A stretch of 64,000 nt of DNA from Octopus sinensis (taxonomy: Eukaryota), in assembly GCF_006345805.1 (NCBI RefSeq), contig NC_042997.1, positions 44,206,001 through 44,270,000 of the forward strand, read 5' to 3'. Under the pieces are notes generated by a model that saw only the letters and a list, made by a program, of their open reading frames with translations, did not search any database and was not told the origin of the DNA. The translations under genes were made by a program, and so were the position numbers. Below, in pieces: positions 11,829 through 23,520 of this stretch; position 1 is the stretch's first letter, and every line of letters starts with the position of its first letter.

Positions 11829-12174
11829 GTGGAGGCGCAATGGCCCAGTGGTTAGGGCAGCGGACTCGCGGTCATAGGATCACGGTTTCGATTCCCAGAG
11901 CGGGCGTTGTGAGTGTTTATTGAGCGAAAACACCTAAAAGCTCCAGGATGGGGTTGGTGGTGATCCCTGCTGTACTCTTTCACCACATCTTTCTCTTACT
12001 TCCTGTTTCTGTTGTACCTGTATTTGTCACTCTCTGCGTCACGCTGAATATCCCCTTAACTACGTTAAGGGTACATGTGTCTGTGGTACACGTTAATTTC
12101 ACGAGCAGGCTGTTCCGTTGATTCGGATCAACCGGAACCCTCGTCGTCGTAACCGACGGAGTGCTTCCATATCC
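11829..12174 (+). mobile_element. tRNA-derived SINE, head 1 plus tail A, 12-bp TSD
   Basis: Flanked by AATAAATAAATT at 11817-11828 and 12175-12186. Confidence 0.85.
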
Positions 12175-12531
12175 AATAAATAAATTATAAATAAAATCAT
12201 TTTTAGCATGCAAATAATTAACTCCATGTTTGAAAATTTTAAAATAGGGAAAATTGACTGTTAAAATATTTGAATTTGGGTCATTTGCTTTTCTGAACAG
12301 CCCTACAACATGATTCAGTACTGCTCATAGAGATAAAATAAAAATAAAAAAATTTATTAAATAATCTTGTTATTAAAATAATTTATTCAGAAATGGACTT
12401 TAAAAAACCTTACTACAAAAAAAAAATTGAGCAAAAAAATTCATTTTTTAAACAAAATAATTTCGACTAATAAAAATAAATTGTTGTTGTGTGTGCGCCT
12501 AAGAAATAGTTTGGTTAATAGGTGAGTAGTG

Positions 12532-13300
12532 AGCATAACTACAGATTTCTGTCCCCCACCCCGATTTTGGATGATCATATCTTTCAGAAAAATGGATATT
12601 TTTTAATGAAATTTTCTACCAATGTGTTACATCATGTAAATTCTGAATACACAAAATTTGTTTTGGGAAAGTGTTTTAGGAGGGGGTTGGTTGGGGAATT
12701 TCGGAAAATTCCCCAGAGTCCACTTCAATTCGTCTTAACTTTCAAGAAAATGGATATTTTTTTTTTATGAAATCCTCTACAAATATACCTCGGACTATTT
12801 AGATTCTGAGGACATAGGAATTTTGGGGGGAAAACAATTGGGGGTTATATTTTAGAACTGTTTCCCACTCAGGGTTGTTTCGGAACAAGTCGTCCATATT
12901 TGTTTCATTTTCTCCGTTTTTTTGTGCGTTTGTGCATCCGTAGATTCCTACTGAAGCAACAAACAGGCAAATGAAGCCCTCACCAGAAAACTCGTTATGC
13001 TAAAAATAACAGCTAAAGGTCTGGTCCACAGAAATATGTTATTGAGACGACTTATCTGTTGTATACGATTTTTCTTTTCACCAGGTAAACGTTTCTAGAA
13101 GCCAAAATCAGGAATATACACGCACAGTTAAATATACAAGTGTAAAGTATAATTCGTTGCATAATCTCTATAATAAACATTGAATGGAATAATTCCCCGT
13201 TTGAACTTTTAAAATTTCATGTGTGTGTGTGTGTGTGTAATAGTAGTAGTAGTAGAAATTATCTAAATTCATGGGGGAGGGGAGAATCTGTAGTTATGCC
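12532..13300. mobile_element. Non-autonomous DNA transposon with 9-bp TSD (Merlin- or MULE-type)
   Basis: TIR GCATAACTACAGATT at 12533-12547 and 13285-13299; TGAGTAGTG direct repeat at 12523-12531 and 13301-13309. Confidence 0.75.
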
Positions 13301-13583
13301 TGAGTAGTGTCCCTTTATTATCACCCAAAAATTGATAAAAATTTGAGAATTAAATGTCTTTTTTTTTTGCTCTTGGATAAAATTTTACAAAACCTTTGCC
13401 AATGTATTCCTTTAACATTTCTCTTTCATTTATAATAATTCTTATTCAAAATTAAAAGAATGGTGTGGATTCAAAGTGTCGATGTAAGGCGTTACTACCC
13501 GTCGGTCAACCAGTTTGGTCTATACATTTTTTCCTCTTAACTTTTGTTCTACTGCACCAGATTTTAAGTATTTTATGTCTAAA

Positions 13584-13977
13584 CTTGCAGTATCGCCCGG
13601 CGTTGCTCGGGTTTGTAAGGGAAATAACTATATAAGCATTTTTAGAGATGTAAAGTATAATAGCCATCTCAATATGGCTAACCACAAAGGTGGGTGGGGT
13701 GTTACTGTTACGTTCTGAGATTTAATAATAAATTTTTAGAGAGTTACTTCCCTTATATATGCCAAAAATGCATTAAAAATGGGAAAAATTGATGGTAAAT
13801 ATTTTTTAAAATCGTAGACTCATCGTAGACGCGCGCTAATACCCAGAAGGGCTCGATATGAATCACGACTATAAGATACCCGGTTTTGGTTAAACTGCAC
13901 CGCAAAATGTGGGAGTAGTTAGGAATCTAAATCGTAGGAGACAGACAGACACACAACCTCACTTTTATATATAAAGA
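13584..13977 (-). mobile_element. Non-autonomous Helitron H2 with mutated terminal CTAG
   Basis: Near-identical to 7059-7447; 3' end reads CAAG. Confidence 0.8.
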
Positions 13978-14132
13978 TATAAAGTTGTAGCTTATCACTA
14001 GTCAGATATAATTAAAAAAAACTAAATTTGATTTCGATTAAAACTGAATTGGAAGACACCGACTGTGACAAAAAAAGCAACGTTAAGAATATTATTCAAC
14101 TGCTACCGTAGTTGAATGATATGATGGAATAT

Positions 14133-14418
14133 TTATTTATTTTTTTATGCACCCTTTTCAAGCCTAGCTAGGCTCATGGGCTCGGTTTCCATGGCCTATG
14201 TGTGCCCCCCCCCCTGGACGGGACGCAAGTCCATCGCAGGGTTACTCATGAAACAGGAAGAAAGAGTGAGAGAAAGTTGGGTGCGAAAGAGTACAATAGG
14301 GGTCGCCACCGGAGCCGCGTGGAGCTCAATAAACACACACAACGCCCGGTCTGGGAATCGAAACCGCGATCCTCCCACCGCGAGTCTGCTGCTCTATCCA
14401 TTGGGCCATTGCGCATCC
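14133..14418 (-). mobile_element. SINE head 1 with V-domain-like segment and a different tail, 12-bp TSD
   Basis: Head 1 joined to CCTGCGATGGACTTGCGTCCCGTCCAGGGG and an A-rich tail; TSD ATGATGGAATAT at 14121-14132 and 14419-14430. Confidence 0.75.
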
Positions 14419-14436
14419 ATGATGGAATATATTTTG

Positions 14437-14628
14437 GAGCTGGCAGAGACGTTAGCACGCTGGGCGAAATGCGTAGCCGTGAGTTCAAATTCCGCCGAGG
14501 TCGACTTTGCCTTTCATCCTTTCGGGGTCGATTAAATAAGTACCAGTTACGCACTGGGGTCGATATAATCGACTTAATCCGTTTGTCTGTCCTCTCTGTG
14601 TTTAGCCCCTTGTGGGTAGTAAAGAAAT
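14437..14628 (+). mobile_element. SINE family B
   Basis: Same body as 6603-6849. Confidence 0.75.
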
Positions 14629-15124
14629 AATAAATAAATGCTTTGCGTATGTAATTTGCTTGAACTATTAATTTAAGCTTGAAATTCGAAAAAACTTTTG
14701 ATTCAACTAGATACACATCCAGCGAAAAAATCAGTAGCGGACGGCTTGTGTACCCACATTCGTGTTAATTGCTTTTATAGACTGGTCCTTCAGATATGAA
14801 ACTGGATCCATAAAGATAATTATAATTCGATAAAATATTCATGTTTTTAATTTAGGGGCTCTTCATTACATTTATTACAGGCCTTACATCCACTTGACCC
14901 AGCGCTGGTAGTGAGCTATTAAAAATGGTAGGGTACCAGATTAAATTTATTATCAGTTCTGAGCTGAAATCTGGCAGGAATTTATTTTTCTTTGCCTCAG
15001 TCTTCAAGTTTCCACATCCGAACAATGATATAATATTTCTTTATTATCCATACGGATTAACACAGATGGGGACAATACAATGTTTTAGGTCAACATGGAA
15101 CTTTTTACAATGAAGTCGGATGAG

Positions 15125-15510
15125 TTATTTACAAAGGAATGAAATTACAATGAAAATTAAATAAGGACAAATAAACAAAGTAAACAATGAAGATAAAAGA
15201 ACAGGATAGCCGACCCCACGGGCCCTCATATTTTAGCTGCAACCTTTTGGTTAGTGATCGTGGCGTGTTCATGCAGGGCCTTTCACACCCAGCATCCGAG
15301 CGACACGCATCCATCTTTTTTTGAATACAGACTCTGTCAGACACCTTTTCTCTAGCTCCACCTTCTTCTTCAGATGGAATCTAAAGAAGTTCGTTAGCGC
15401 GGTGCCAGAGGTCATGGTGTCTGACATTATACCTTTCATTCTGGTCTTCCATGATATAAGCCTATCTGTGATGTTTCTCCCACGCAAGTCAAATTCATGA
15501 CACGAATCAG
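15125..15510 (-). pseudogene. L1/Tx1-like LINE 3' end
   Basis: SWKTRMKGIMSDTMTSGTALTNFFRFHLKKKVELEKRCLTESVFKKRWMRV, followed by a T-rich 3'UTR ending in AAATAA; clade assigned by resemblance. Confidence 0.55.
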
Positions 15511-15919
15511 AATCTCAGTGGCCGTCATTTCACTTTATGTTTGCTCTTTGAAAAGTTATAGGACAACTTACTTCTTTTAAGATATGATTATGAGTGTCAT
15601 TGGATAAGTAATATTTTTCTCGAGAAGAGTTGCATATGAACCAGATTTGATTTCAACTGTAGACATTTCCGTTCATTTACGCTGCTTGTACATCTTTCTT
15701 ATAAAATATAATTATATGACATTCGTCTCGTTTGGAGGCGTGACCATAGTTCACCGAGAACCCTATCTCTAATTTGTAACACATTGAATGGGACTGACTC
15801 CTTTTGCAAGCAAACTTCTCAACGATGGTAATCGAAAAGTTTCTTATAAATGTCACCACAAAATAATGGGTTTTCTCCAATTTGCCTTTTGGAACTACCT
15901 CATATATTAATTAATTATA

Positions 15920-16234
15920 TTACGGAGATGTACTTGCATAGCAAGTGACCTGATCTGAGATCGTGTGCTGGAACGAAAGCAATTGCAGCGTGTAAGGTGT
16001 TTATAAGCCATTTAAGAAACACACAAAAACCGTTAGATTCACTTCGACGTTTAAATTTAATTTGTCAAAGTATTTTCGTCGCTTTGAGACCGCGACCTCT
16101 TCACTGACAAAACTTCGGGCTGCATCAAAGCGACGAAAATATTTTGAAAAATTAAATTTAAATGTTGAAGTGAATCTAACGGGTTTTTTTGTATTTCTTA
16201 AATGGCTTATAAACACCTTCCACGCTGCAATTGT
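15920..16234. mobile_element. Fold-back PLE-derived non-autonomous element with hammerhead-like motif, 13-bp TSD
   Basis: Arms 15980-16087 and 16125-16233; TTAATTAATTATA at 15907-15919 and 16235-16247. Confidence 0.7.
16062..16110 (-). ncRNA. Minimal type I hammerhead-like motif (G at position 3, probably inactive)
   Basis: Minus strand: TTGTCA | GTGAAGA | G | GTCGC-GGTCTCAAA-GCGAC | GAA | AATACT | T | TGACAA. The opposite arm has the palindrome AATATT at stem III. Confidence 0.55.
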
Positions 16235-16746
16235 TTAATTAATTATACGATAGAAAAATAAAAGCGACGAATTCGCCCTTATCGCTTTGGTATCCGTCAG
16301 AACAGCCAAATTTACATCTAAAAAGTTTTTCTTTTTTTTTTTTCGTTATTTTGAGAACTGTGCGGTTAATCAATGCAATAGTAGGGTGTCCACATTACTG
16401 TGATTAGCCAATGCTGTTTAAGTCACATATCAACCCTGATCGTGTTTCAACCAATGATTAGAGGTGTTTGCCAGTTTTCTTTTTTAAGTATAGTATATCC
16501 AGAAGTATAGTATATCCATATAATATACCTACTTTTCTTTTCTTTAATTGAAACAGCAGAATATTAGTTGAAGGTAGTTTGGACCAGAAAGTAAAAGCAA
16601 ATGGGAAGAGCAACGGTTCTTGAAAGCTGTATCGAGTTTTATTAAAAATACAATTTAAGCCTTTTTAGAATCCATTGCAATTATTGGGCGTCTTGAAAAA
16701 ACAGGTTATTCATAATTTTGGTTGACACGAGTGTAATTATTTAAAA

Positions 16747-17140
16747 GTGGAGGCGCAATGGCCAAGTGGTTAGGGCAGCGGACTCGCGGTCGTAGGATCG
16801 CGGTTTCGATTCCCAGACCGGGCGTTGTGAGTGTTTATTGAGCGAAAACACCTAAAGCTCCACGAGGCTCCGGCAGGGGATGGTGGTGATCCCTGCTGTA
16901 CTCTTTCACCACAACTTTCTCTCACTCTTACTTCCTGTTTCTGTTGTACCTGTATTTCAAAGGGCCGGCCTTGTCACTCTCTGTGTCACGCTGAATATCC
17001 CCGAGAACTACGTTAAGGGTACACGTGTCTGTGGAGTGCTCAGCCACTTACACGTTAATTTCACGAGCAGGCTATTCCGTTGATCGGATCAACCGGAACC
17101 CTCGTCGTCGTAACCGACGGAGTGCTTCCAAAAAAAAAAA
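16747..17140 (+). mobile_element. Young tRNA-derived SINE, head 1 plus tail A, poly(A) and 12-bp TSD
   Basis: AATTATTTAAAA at 16735-16746 and 17141-17152. Confidence 0.9.
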
Positions 17141-17644
17141 AATTATTTAAAAAAAAGACGATCAATAGCTTTCTTCGTTTGTTTGTTTTTTTTTCTAATT
17201 CTCTAACTTCAAAGAAAAGTTATTTTTCCTTTTCTTTCTTACTTTTTCTCTGCTTTCCATTCGAAGTGCGTCAGTAATGTTTAGTTTTTATTTTGCTTTT
17301 GTAATTTTTTTTCTTTAGTGCTCTGGTAATTTTTGTATCTGTTTGCCAATATGCCACGAGATTGAGAACCAAAAACTAAGTTCCCGCGTTGGCTTATTAC
17401 AGATTGATTTCGTTACCAGTCAGCAGTAATATTTTAATCAACTAGTCCTCGTTCAGCGGATGTTTCAAACATTTATGAAAGAAATCCTTGTGATTTTTAT
17501 ATTTCTAAAATGCTTGGAATTTTTCAAGACCAGAAAATCATTTTCAAGGGAGTTAACTGTAGTAGGAACCCATTTGGAGTTACTTCCTTTAGTCACAAGA
17601 AACCTCTGAAGCGATTTTTTCTTTTTACTATCCACAGTAAACTA

Positions 17645-17825
17645 GTGAACTTCCTGTCACCTGACTACTAGCAAAGATGGCCAGCGTCTGTTACATACGG
17701 TAGTGGACCGTTGTGGTTTTGTTTACGTTTAAATGCTGTTTATGGTAACACACCAATGGTGACCTCCCTATGTAGGGATCTGCCTATTCGCAGTGCGGTG
17801 CTCCGCGTTACGTGTAAAGCCTAGC
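17645..17825 (+). promoter_or_regulatory. CpG-enriched TATA-less promoter candidate for the Rab gene
   Basis: ETS-like ACTTCCTG (17649-17656), E-box GTCACCTGAC (17656-17665), YY1-like AAGATGGC (17674-17681); CpG density is above that of the flanks. Confidence 0.5.
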
Positions 17826-17919
17826 ACAGAGACTACGTACCGTGAAACTTGTTATAAAAGACGAAACACGCCCTGCAGGAAGAGAACTCCAAACAAAGAA
17901 TAAATCCAAGGCTCTTCAG

Positions 17920-18546
17920 ATGGCTTTGAGAGACGTAAAGATTTGTCTGCTCGGTGACAGTGGAGTCGGAAAGACAAGCATTGTCTGGCGTTTTGTGACA
18001 AACACTTTCCGCGAGAATCCAGGCAGCACAATTGGCGCTTCTTTCATGGTGAAGAATCTAGTGTTGGACAGCAAAACATTCCGATTCCAAATCTGGGATA
18101 CAGCAGGACAAGAGAAATACCATGCTTTAGCACCCATGTACTTTCGCGGTGCAGCTGCTGCTATTGTGGTGTATGATATTACGAAGGAATCGTCCTACAG
18201 ATCTGCAAAGGAGTGGGTGAAAAGATTACGGAAACATGGTGTCACCGACGCAGTTATTGCTCTTGCAGGAAATAAATGTGATGCCGAGGATCTTCGAGAG
18301 GTGTCTGCTAAAGATGCCCAAGCTTACGCTGACTCTATACAGGCTATTTTCGTGGAAACTAGTGCCTTGGTTGCTGTAAATATTCCCGAATTGTTCACCT
18401 CCATTGCTCAAAGACTGCCACCAATCAACGACAATTCTGTAGATAATGACAACACCGTGAATATGACCAGTCGAACCTCGACTAAATCTTGTTGTTTCTC
18501 TTCCTCCGGCTCGTCGACGGCCAAAAACGTGGGTACTAATCAATGA
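17920..18546 (+). CDS. RAB22A/RAB31: Rab22/Rab31-family small GTPase, intronless, 208 aa
   Basis: MALRDVKICLLGDSGVGKT (G1), STIGASF (effector loop), WDTAGQE (G3), NKCD (G4), ETSA (G5); collinear with Rab22A MALRELKVCLLGDTGVGKSSIVWRFV. True ATG at 17920, not the GTG at 17842. Confidence 0.93.
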   Translation: MALRDVKICLLGDSGVGKTSIVWRFVTNTFRENPGSTIGASFMVKNLVLDSKTFRFQIWDTAGQEKYHALAPMYFRGAAAAIVVYDITKESSYRSAKEWVKRLRKHGVTDAVIALAGNKCDAEDLREVSAKDAQAYADSIQAIFVETSALVAVNIPELFTSIAQRLPPINDNSVDNDNTVNMTSRTSTKSCCFSSSGSSTAKNVGTNQ

Positions 18547-19487
18547 CAACCTGCAATATATTCCATACGCTAATTGTTTTCTATTCTCCAGTTGATATAT
18601 ATTATATATATTTTATTTCTTCTCATTAATTGAAATATTATAATTGATTATAACAATAACAACAATAATAGTTTATTTATTGTTACTAATACTATTCATC
18701 CAGCTTATTATTTAATGATATTACTTAATATAATGCTATCGTTCCGGCCAGTTTAATTCACTACTGAAAATGTTTAATTAACTTCGCATGTGCGTGTGTG
18801 TTCATAATAATAATCCACCCTGCTTCGTCGGTGGGTGTGGCGAGCGAAATCTTTAAAAGTGTAAACACAAAATGAAACGTAACAACCTACCTAATGTTGT
18901 ATATATATATATATATATATCAACAGTTTGTTGAGCTACACAAAAATTTAACCACTGTAAAGACATGTTACTACTAAAATACGTTTCTCTCACATGCTTT
19001 GTCACCCTTCAAAGAAATATACAATTCTTTACACTCTGTTAATCTTGTTTTAAATTAACATTTAAATGGAAATCTTTGATAACTTTTTAGCAAAGATTTT
19101 GAGTATCTAATGGAGTTTTTGTTATTTAATGTGCTTTAAATTTAACTTCCACCATCAAATTCGTGTCTTTATTATTATTTATATATATATATATATATTT
19201 GTGTATTTGATTTTAGATTTTAGCACTTTCATTTGCATAAACGTGCTAGTATTTTTTTACACACCTGAAGACCTCTGCTTTTATTTCTCTATATCATCTC
19301 GAACATTTTCGTTGCAATTTATATTGCCGGATTTTAAATCGTGTTCTTTTAAACTTTTAAGCTGTACCCTCTTAAAGTGATAACAAAAAGTAAGATATCG
19401 CTACTTGATATGACGATAGCGACATTTTGATAAGACTGTCGATTGAGTGACAAGTCAATGTTACTATGAGTACACACATTTTATGTG

Positions 19488-19518
<31 letters not shown>

Positions 19519-19554
19519 AGGTATATATGTGTGTGTGTGTGTGTATACGCACAT

Positions 19555-19586
<32 letters not shown>

Positions 19587-21214
19587 TGTATGTGTTTACG
19601 CGCGCACACTCTTATAAATCCATTTAATGCTGTCATTTACACCTTTTTGTTGTTGTCTTTGAAACTGTTATAAGTAATTCGGGTTGAAGGCTCGGGGCAA
19701 TTTTTTTATATGCAGACAGCATCGTTCCCACAACAAAATCCTAATTGGATGGTCTGTAATGTGTAAGAATTATTTTGGAAATTTCACATATCGTTATATT
19801 AATTGAACATGAAAGAAAACTGATCATTGTAGTTGTAGCTTTAAAAATTCGATAACACCAGGGAAAATTGTCATGAAAGAATGAGGATTATTGGAAACTC
19901 CATATTATGTTAGTAGTACAAAAAAACGGCTGCATTTTTGTTGTAGAATTTCAGTAATCACCTGGTCTTAACTGAGTGAATAATCAGGGACTGAAAACTA
20001 TGAACCTCATAAGACGGTTTGCTAGGAATAGTCTAACCTATGTTGTCTAGGTCTGGTCTTCTCAAACTGACAAATACTGTCCTCACTCAAACATTGAATA
20101 TGAGGGACATATTTTGACACTCTCTACCCCACTTTTATTAATGACAAGTCAAATTAGATTTTGTATCTGTGTAATTCTTCTGTCTTCAACATGATGTTTG
20201 GCAAGGTTACAAAACTGGAATCTCTCTTAAATCTGACAATCTTTCTGCTGTTTTTCAATCGTCACAGTCTCCATTAGGGCCCCTTCTCTTTTCCTAATTG
20301 AAAGCACTGGCTAAGGTGAATTAATTAGCACTAGGGAGGGTACCAGTGTTTCCGGGAATCACTAGCTTTAATGATTTCAATGCGACAAAGGAACTCAAGG
20401 GAGCAGGGAAGATTTGAAAAGAAGGATCTGATGGTGATTTGTAGGATATGAAACATGAACTTCAGGGTTGTGTGCATAGTTATTTTTAACTCCACCCAAC
20501 CTGATGCATAAGAATGAATAAGTGGATAAAGTTGGACAAGTTTAATTTAAAATGACGCTAGTAAAAGGAAAGAGAAGCGGATCTCTCTACTAAGACGGTT
20601 GATGGGAAGAGAATACTCAACGATGCAATGAATTTAATATGACTTTGAGTATACGTACTGTGTGTGTGTAGTGTATTTGCATGGACATAAGTCTTGGTGA
20701 AGATATTTATGTCAGGTTGTATTCCAGATCCATCTGTTCATCTTTTTCTTTGAAACTGTTTTAGAGTAATTCTATATTTGATACTTTCAGTAACCTTTTG
20801 TATGAAGATAATGTAGTTCCCAGTACAGAATCACATTATGTTCTGTGAGAATTATGTTGAAAATATTTACTTTTGGATATCTTCTAGTGAACATAAAGAC
20901 AACTATTCTTTATAGTAAAAATCCTATAAAAATTCTAATTAGAGTAGAAAACAGTTCCAAAAGTAGGATATGAAGATGTGAGGGAAAAGGCATATTATTA
21001 AATTTGTTGTTGAATTCATCATTCCATATAATTGAGTTGAAATGGATAAGTTGTGACTAGGCTAATCATGTGCAAACCATCTGTTACAAAAGTATTGTAT
21101 CATGCACAATGGTGAGCTACACTGCTTTCATATATATATATATGTGTGTGTGTGTGTATGTTGTGTCTTGTGTGTATTTATGTATATTTGTAATATACAT
21201 ATGAAAATACATAG

Positions 21215-21380
21215 GTGCAGGCATGGCTGTGTAGTTAAGAAGTTTACTTCCCAATCACATGTTTTGGGTTCAATCCTACTACATGGTACCTTGAGCAAGT
21301 GTCTTCTACTACAGCCCTAGTCTAGTTCAAAGCTTTGTGAGTGGGTTTAGTTGGCTGAAACAGAAAGAAAACTAATGTGT
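21215..21380 (+). mobile_element. SINE family D (CORE-like) 5' part
   Basis: tRNA-like head plus ACCTTGAGCAAGTGTCTTCTACTA; related copies at 29837, 52630, 53836 and 57525. Confidence 0.65.
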
Positions 21381-22854
21381 GTGTGCTTTTGTGTTTTCTT
21401 ATTTTGACATCATGCAGTTATAGTATGTGATACAAGTGATGCTGTTTGCTGTCAATCTTTACTTCAAATATGAGTGGCTCTGGGGGAAATATTATCTACC
21501 ATAGAAATAGGATTGACAACAAGAAGGTCAACTGATCATGGAAAATCTTTTTCAATAAATTCGTTCTGACCCAGGTGAATGTGGAAAAGGAAAAATGGTT
21601 GTTAAAACAATGATGATGACATACATTGAATGTATATATTTATAGAAAGACAAAGACAGCTGTTGGAACAACAAGCAAGTGTTTAAATTTGACACTCGGG
21701 GGTGGGTGGAAAAAATGGAATAGTCTTTTGTTTCAGCCGATGCTCTTTGACAGAAAGGAATAAGAGAAAATAAATAGCGAGAGAATGAAAAAAAATATGT
21801 CAAGTTCAATGGTCCAACATCATCATCATATGTCTGTATATACATATGTATGTATACACACATATATATATATACACATATGCATGTCATATATGTGTAT
21901 ATGTGTCTATATCATCTTCGTCATTTAACATCTACTCTCCATGTTGTCATGGGGTAAACAGTTTGACTGGCACTGGTAAGCCGGAGAGCTGCACCAGGTT
22001 CCACTAATCTGATTTGACTTGGTTTCTACAGCAGAATGTCCTTCCTGATGCCAACCATTTCAAGAGTGTAATGGATGCCATTTACAGGACACCAGCAACA
22101 GCCACAGCCATGGTTTCACAGGTGCCATTTACATAACACTGGCAATGGCCACGATTATGCGATCATCCTTTAACATCTGTCTTCCATGCTGGCATGAGTT
22201 TGATTGGTTTGACAGGAGCTGGTTTGACAGGAGCTGGTGAGCCAAGGGACTGTGCTCTGCTCACTGTCTGCTTTGGCATGGTTTTTACAGCTGGATGGCC
22301 CTTCCTTAATGCCAACCACTTGACAGAGTGGACTGGCTGCTTTTTATGTGGCACCAGCTCTGACAGGGTCACCAAATAACAAGCAAGACAAAGACATCTC
22401 GACTGAGAAAGGAAGTGGTATTGAGAGGGGTGGCTTTGTGTCCGTTAGTGAGAGGCTAGGGTATAAATAGAGGAACAGAAGCGGGTGTCTTGCTGTAGAA
22501 GGGATACAGGGTTGGTCCAGTCGGAGGGAGAGAGGAGATGATGGTGATGTAGCAGGGCAAAGTCTCAAGGTACAAGGAGGTGAATACGAATGGAATGCTA
22601 GAGGATTGCCCCGGGTGCATGATAGAGAGTTTGTGAAAGTGTAAAGGAGGTGGGGGGGGGGGGAGGAAAGTAGGGAATGCAGTGAGTGGTGGAAAATGGG
22701 TATATAGTGGGGTTGACAGGGATAGCAATAATACACTTGGAAGAGGGAGGACAGGAGAGTGATGACAGAGCGGGGTGGGACAGAAAAGCATAGCGCATGA
22801 AGAAGAGGTGTAGTTTTGGTTCATTGGGGTAAGGTTTGTGAATTAATGTTATAT

Positions 22855-23152
22855 GCACGTAAAAAGCACCATCTGTTCGTGGCCGTTGCCAGCCTCGCCT
22901 GGCCCCCGTGCCGGTAGCACATAAAAAGCACCATCGGTCCATGGCCGTTTGTAAGCTCCGTCTGGCACCTGTGTGGGTGGCACGTAAAAAGCACCCACTA
23001 CACTCACGGAGTGGTTGGCGTTAGGAAGGGCATCCAGCCGTAGAAACACTGCCAGATCAGATTGGGCCTGATGCAGCCTTCTGGCTTCCCAGACCCCAGT
23101 TGAACCGTCCAACCCATGCTAGCATGGAGAACGGACATTAAACGATGATGAT
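22855..23152 (+). mobile_element. RTE LINE 3'UTR copy with (GAT)n tail
   Basis: Three GCAC(G/A)TAAAAAGCACC modules, GGAAGGGCATCCAGC, CCATGCTAGCATGG, GAT tail. Confidence 0.75.
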
Positions 23153-23164
23153 GTGGGTGGAACA

Positions 23165-23520
23165 CGCAGCACTTGCAGAACTCAGTTTTGCTGAGGTGGA
23201 TGGGTCTTATCAAGAACCTCATATTGCCAGACATTTCAGTCCATTGCCATCTCCTCCATCATGTCCAACATCTTGCAATCAGCTCTCACTATGTCTTCCT
23301 GGGTCTCCCTCTTCCCCCAGTACAATTTAAGCGATTGGCATTTCTTTGTACAACTGTCCTCTTCATACACACGGCATTGCAGTCTTCTTTCTTGCATTTT
23401 ACATCTGATTCCTTTTTATGCCCAATTTTTCTCTCAGCACATTTGCACTTTGTCATCCATGCACACTGATGTTGCATATCTACCAGAGCATATCAGCGTC
23501 ATTCCTCTTCAGGGCCCACA
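23165..23520 (-). pseudogene. RTE ORF2 C-terminal remnant
   Basis: ...GGRGRPRKT... motif with stops. Confidence 0.55.

Noticed and set aside
17842-17919. 26-aa N-terminal extension of the Rab
   Set aside because: It depends on a GTG start; homology to Rab22/31 begins exactly at ATG 17920.
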